NCBI GenBank assembly: GCA_012295275.1
Contig: CM022673.1
Span: 1,240,001-1,304,000, forward strand
Direction: 5' to 3'
DNA from: Chrysomallon squamiferum
Taxonomy: Eukaryota > Animalia > Mollusca
Length of the DNA stretch: 64,000 nucleotides
Positions 40,120 through 64,000 of the stretch are shown piece after piece (within the stretch, counting starts at the first letter, position 1; every line of letters begins with the position of its first letter). The translations under genes and the position numbers were made by a program. The notes beneath the pieces were generated by a model. The model worked only from the letters and a program-made list of their open reading frames with translations. It was not told the DNA's origin and did not search any database.

Positions 40120-42603
40120 GATTATCTAGTTTTTTGTATATAAAGTAGAGAAAAGATAAAATAATGAGAAATATTAAATGAAATACATATTAATACTTTT
40201 AAATAAACTGCCTTTCTTTGCCGATGTATGCAAATACTTAACGTTCTGTTTGACTGTCCGTAATACCCTTTTACAGGAAAAAACGCGATGTCAAACTTTT
40301 AAAGGCAACTTCTAAACTGTAAAGTTACATTAATTAGCGACCAAGATGTGGCGAGTTTTGTGTGACGAACAAACACGGCTTTGAAATTTGTCCACTCGCG
40401 TGGCTTCGCTTTGATTCCGCTGTTTTCACCGACGTCCGCAGGAATTTTATAACTACGAGCTTCAGACGGAGTTCGAGTTAGAATTCTGTTCTGAGGAGGC
40501 GACAGACACGTGTTTGAAGTACACGGAGGTCACGGGAACAGCATTTAAACTTCGGTTTTGCTTTGATAAGCATTTGGCAGCAGAATGCGGTAAGATACTT
40601 TTCTCCCTTGGTTTTTTGTTTGTTTGTTTTTGATACCCTTATTAAGCAACGTGATCTGTGTCATTAATGACGTATTGTTTAATCTGTGTGTGTATGTGTG
40701 TGTCTGTGTGTCTGTGTGTGTCTGTGTGTCTGTGTGTGTCTGTGTGTGTGTGTTTGTGTGTGCCTGTGTGTGTGTGTGTGTCACTTAAATTATATTAACA
40801 TATTAACTTGATTCTCCCGTTACCGATTCCGTCTTTAACTATTTTTAACTCAGGATTCCTCAAAGCCATAAATAATTTAGCTGCGTTTATTTTATTTTAT
40901 ATTACAACAAAATATGTTCTGTATGTAAATAAATAACTCAAAGTGTACTTTTGTTGATGTGTTATCTATTGGATATATAAATATATATATCTTTTACAGT
41001 CACAATTTAAAATAGTGTTTTCAAACCCTGGAAATGATAACGAGCACTTTAAGTATTGGCACCGCGACAGTATAAAGACAACCCATGTAATTTAGTACAT
41101 AATGTAAAGCACGTGTAATACAGAACATTACATAACATTCGCACATACTCTAAAACTATCACTGGGAATACTTATAATATAGAACCTCTGAAATATATCC
41201 AACCTTCTTGGAAAATCGGTTTGATCCATAATCATTATGATCTGAAATATTACTGTGTTACAAAACAACATTGCTTAATTCTAATCTCAAGATATTACAC
41301 CTTTTCATGGTTTCCAATTGGGAAACCCCACAAGAAAATTTCCTAGCATTTACCGCTGTTGGTTGTTATCAGTCTCACAACGTATTATACGCTTTCTCTG
41401 TTAATGTCAGCGGAATCTGGAGCAGATTCCAGTCGTAAATAACGACAGCCGTGTTGCAACAACGTCCCCGCAACATTGCGTGGAAATCTATACATTCCTT
41501 GACATTTAGAGGCTGATATTTACGACACGATGAATTAAGTGTAAGATAACAAGTTTGTCTATTATCGCCTTAATGAAGAAAACTCACAGAGCCTGCACGT
41601 CATTGACACTTCCAGCAATTCCCAGCGTCGACGTGCTGTTAAAGCCGTTCCGCGATTTACGTGAATTTTGCATGTCTGTGTTGAGTTTATGGTTTACTCG
41701 TATATTATATTATAAGTCTCTAGTTATTTTCATTGTCTGAGTAAAGCTTTTCGACATTAATCGATGAACTATTACAGGTAGAATGTGTTTGGGTTATTAA
41801 ATTTACTGTTGCATATGACACCTATTTTATTCAACATAAATATTATCGATACACCTACAGATTTTTCTTCCAGTTAACAGTTCCATTTTTTTTAAGAGTC
41901 ATTGTTATACACAATACCTTGAAATATTTTGTTACGTGACGAACTCAGAATACTTTAAATTTACCATACTAATTATGGCCAAACTTGCGATAAAGGACCA
42001 AGTAGCTACAAAGCTGAAAACCACTGCATTATCCAAGGAAACGAAAACAAATACCATGATAAGTTTATGCACAATAATATAAATAAACTCTAATGTGTAA
42101 AATTATGGTAATTATCTGTATATATTGTAGTGTTTGTCTTATAGATATGTAAGTATATTATTCACAAGTATATGCATTAATCACTGAATCACCAAGGGAA
42201 CTTTGTAGAACAGACTGTCTGCTTCGTTAATCTATATACATATTAATAATTGCATCTACTCGATTTCTCATTTTCCGATTTGTCTGCACGCCATATGTCT
42301 ATTACTTCTTAATATATTCTATTTATGATAGTAATTTCTAATCCTATATAAGCATGTTAGTAATGTACCGAAAATTATGTTCAATAAGTAACATCTATCA
42401 CTACTTTTATTACTAATATTACTGCTGCAAATACTATTACTACTGTTAGTACTTCTATCATAATTACTGCTACTACTACTACTATGATTACTATCACTAT
42501 ACTACCACTACTACTTCCACTACCATCAGTACTACTATTACTGCTGCTGCTACTACTAGTAGTATTACTATTATTATTACTATTACTATGACTACTACTT
42601 CTG

Positions 42604-42643
<40 letters not shown>

Positions 42644-44617
42644 CACGTCTTCTTGTACAAATACAGCTCCCACCACCAACATATAGACAGCTACTTTAGC
42701 AGTCGGGATAGCAGCTATTTCTAATAAATGGAAACCATTTTCGTAATAATTTTTTAAATTATATATTCATATTTACTTTTAAGATACAATAAAGAACAGG
42801 CAGAACAATGCTCATAAAGACATATGCTGAATTTTAATACTTATCTTGCTATATGTCGTATAACGTAATGACACGCAGTATAAAAATGTACAGTTTGTAT
42901 CGATATTATAACATATGTTAAAACTATTAAAGAAAATCAATTGTTTAACCTTCCTATTCGTAATGTCTACACTTTGGAAACGTCAAGCATATTAAAATAC
43001 ACACACACACATATACATACACCCACATGTATACATTCATACACAAACATACGCACACACACGTACGTACATACACACATACGTATATACATACATACAT
43101 ACATACATACATACATACATACATACATAAACATACACACATACATTGACATAAACATACATACATTATTAACATACATACATTCATACATTATTTACAT
43201 ACATACATTCTTACATACATACATACATACATACATACAACAAATAGCAAATAACATACTGTCATCTTAGAAAGACAGGTTATATAAAATAATCCATTAG
43301 AAAAGACATCTTGTTCAAATAAAACATTTGATATTTTTTTTTTTTTAGTATACAAACAACGCCAGTTCAGTCCATTCATCCATCTTCCCCACAGTTTTAT
43401 TCTCATTTGTTTGTCCGTCCTGTTCTGCAACACATTTTAACATAATAGTGCTTCTTTTTAAATTACCAGGCAAATTGATGCAGACATGTAATTTTCGTTT
43501 GATTTCTGCAGTTAAATGTCACGATAATTTTTTGCAGTGCATTATCGTTTAAAACGATTGCTGGTGAAATACCATGCTCCTTAGCTTAAGCTGAAAATAT
43601 CATGAGTTAAAAAAAAAAGAAGAAGATTGAAAATATGATTTAATCTGTAAATGTTTGGGGGTCATTTTAAACTTAAAACTAGAACGCAAATTTAATACAA
43701 AAGCGAGCAGTGTTGAAAACATACAAACATTGTTTGAATAATAAGCAGTGAAACATATGAACAGATACATTTTGAATATCTATCTATCTGTCTGTCTGTC
43801 TCTCTGTCTATCTCTGTCTACTATCTATATATCTATATCTTTCTGTCTATCTATCTGTCTGTCTCTCTATCTATCTCTCTACTATCTCTCTATTTATCTA
43901 TATATGTCTGTCTATCTATCTATCTATATATAGAAAGAGAGACACAGAAAGACAGAGATTTACATATAACTGCATAGATACCAAAGGTAATAGACAATAC
44001 AGAGACGGATAGAGAGAAAGACGTATAAACAGTTACAGAGATTCAGACATATACAGATATATATTTTGAAAGATAGAAATATAGAGACACAGATGAATGA
44101 CAGACAGACAGAGAGACAGAGAGACAGTTAGGCAAGTAGAAGGATTTTTTGTGGTTTCTAGGCAAGGGCGTATGTGTGGCAGCGTTAAAGGTTTGCCCCA
44201 AATTTTACCACTACTACTACAGTTACTACTACTACAAATACTAAACACAAATAATAAATTTTATCTTGCTTTGCCCACATTTTGTCTAAACTATTTGTGA
44301 ACAGTTTCCTTCAGCCCCCTGAGTCGTAAGTCCGTGTTTAAAATAACACAGAAGTCCGTGTTTAAAATAACACAGAACTCCTTGTCATTTCTCAGCAATC
44401 TTACAAAGATGTTGTCATCATTTTTATATCAAACCTGACAGAATTTAACGCCAGATGGTTGACTTCATTTTGTCTTGACATAACTGCTCACAATCCTTTC
44501 ACAATCAATAGCATAGTCTGCTTAGCAAATATTACTCAGTTTAGATTGGAAGTACTTTAAAGTTTCTTTTGCTAATTATTTATGCCTTAAAATTACAAAT
44601 AAATTCGCTTGTATTAA

Positions 44618-44676
<59 letters not shown>

Positions 44677-44824
44677 TATTCATATATTCATAAATAAACT
44701 TATATTCCTGTGCACGAATATGATTTCTAAACAGTGACTACATTAATAAAAGACACCACAAATAACGCCAGTATATTGCGTTTAACATGCACATACATAC
44801 ATAAATGCATACATATATAAATAC

Positions 44825-44856
<32 letters not shown>

Positions 44857-45661
44857 CGTATGTGTGTATGATGCATTTTTGTATAGGCGCCAGATCTGTT
44901 CAAAACTACACCTGTGCACTCAATAATAACTACATGTGGCTCAACATCTGATCTATTTGCTTGGCAGATTATATAACTTTTAGCTTATCTGGTGCTATGT
45001 GGGCCTTCCTATCTTTTCAAGACTAACATTATATAGGTTCACCAAATGCCGAGGCAATTCGTTTTCTCTACAAGTAAGAGCACTCAGAAAACTCATTAAA
45101 GTAAAAAAATACTGATGTTGAAAGTAATATATAACTTTATAAATCTTAAGAAGAAAGAAAAAAAAAACGCATACGTTTCTGTTATGTAATAAAACCATCG
45201 CTTTAATTTAATTCCAGCTTATTACTATTATTACACAACGCCTTTAGGTCCTCCTAGTTGTCCAATGAGATTCCTTAGAATTAGCCCAAAAGTACGCAGT
45301 TGCAAATGGCCGACATTTGACAGCGACTTGAGTCGTCCGTGGCTCCATGCTGTCCCAAACGTGTATGATAATGACAATTATCGATGTGCAAATCAGAATA
45401 CTTACTTGTCACCGACGTAAACATTTACGACGTTGTTAAATCAATATATAAACTGCAAATTTCAGGTTTGGCGACGAAAGTGTGCGGGTTAGCCAATGCC
45501 GTACTGTGGTAGTTTTACTTCGCTCGTTGCTTATTGATCGTTACGTCAAATTTTATCTAACTCTACAACGGGTTTATTTTTATTTTTATTTTTTTTTTTC
45601 TGTTACAGACTTTGCTCTTTGCTGTTGAAAGAGCCCGTAGACAAGTCTAATAACACCAAGG

Positions 45662-63293
<17,632 letters not shown>

Positions 63294-64000
63294 ACTTGTT
63301 TTGTTTTTTCCTTAAAGCACCTCGTGGCATTCTAGATGCTGACTTTAATCACACTGGGAAACTGCACAACCGGAAATCGTCTGGCCGTGAAGAGACGAGC
63401 CCGACAGAGGTCAGCAGAACGAGACAGAGGGCGCCACTGAACACAAAACGATTTGAAACGAAAAGGGTTTATAGGAGAACCGGAAACTTTGCGATTATTA
63501 AAAGAATGTCAGTGTTGATGAATAAGCTGATCACGTTTATGTTATGAGACTATTTGAAAGTTCGGATGTTAATTTAAGGCAGTGTTTGTTTGTATATTTT
63601 TTTACTATTTGAATACCAAAGGCATTTTTGAACCATGGTTTGTGGAAAACAACAAAAAAAAAAAAAAAAAAAAAAAACAATAAAAGAAAAAAAAACAAAA
63701 AAAAAACAAGACATAAATGTAAATTAAACATGAATGAAGACTGTTGTTATATTCGTCCTCATTGTCAACTATAAATTATTTTTTTAATTTATTTCTATGT
63801 TTATATGGTCGTTTATGTATTTTTCAATTTATTAGTCTATATGTTTATTTATTTATTTATTTGTTGCGGTTATTATTACAGTTGTTGTTAACGTTGTTGT
63901 TGTTATTATTATTATTATTACTATTATTTTTATTAATAATACAGTTATTATTATTATTAAGCCTATCTATTTAATGAGTGATGTTACTGTGTTAAATGTT

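Overview
AT-rich, microsatellite-dense eukaryotic genomic DNA from a mollusc, probably a gastropod. The assignment is inferred from the mollusc miRNAs miR-1990/miR-1986, an abalone-VEZP/VERL-type ZP protein and MetaSINE-like relics. Nearly all ORFs in the supplied track are microsatellite artefacts. The real genes are spliced and were rebuilt by hand from GT-AG boundaries and phase. In order: (1) the 5' part of a kinesin-2 (KIF3B/KRP95-like) gene on the minus strand, running off the left edge; (2) a complete 6-exon lin-7 gene, minus strand, 197 aa; (3) a 9-exon secreted vitelline-envelope ZP-domain (VEZP/VERL-like) gene, minus strand, about 336 aa; (4) a ~33 kb protein-free interval with a plus-strand miR-1990/miR-1986 cluster, a TATA/Inr promoter and spliced first exon upstream of it, further hairpin-forming CpG-rich islands, a dense TATCGATA array, a hAT-type MITE and minisatellites; (5) a complete 17-coding-exon relaxin-receptor-like LGR (one LDLa, ten 72-nt LRR exons, 7TM), plus strand, about 764 aa, whose LDLa and LRRNT cap each lack a matched cysteine pair. 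Family and miRNA identifications come from recalled sequences, not database searches.
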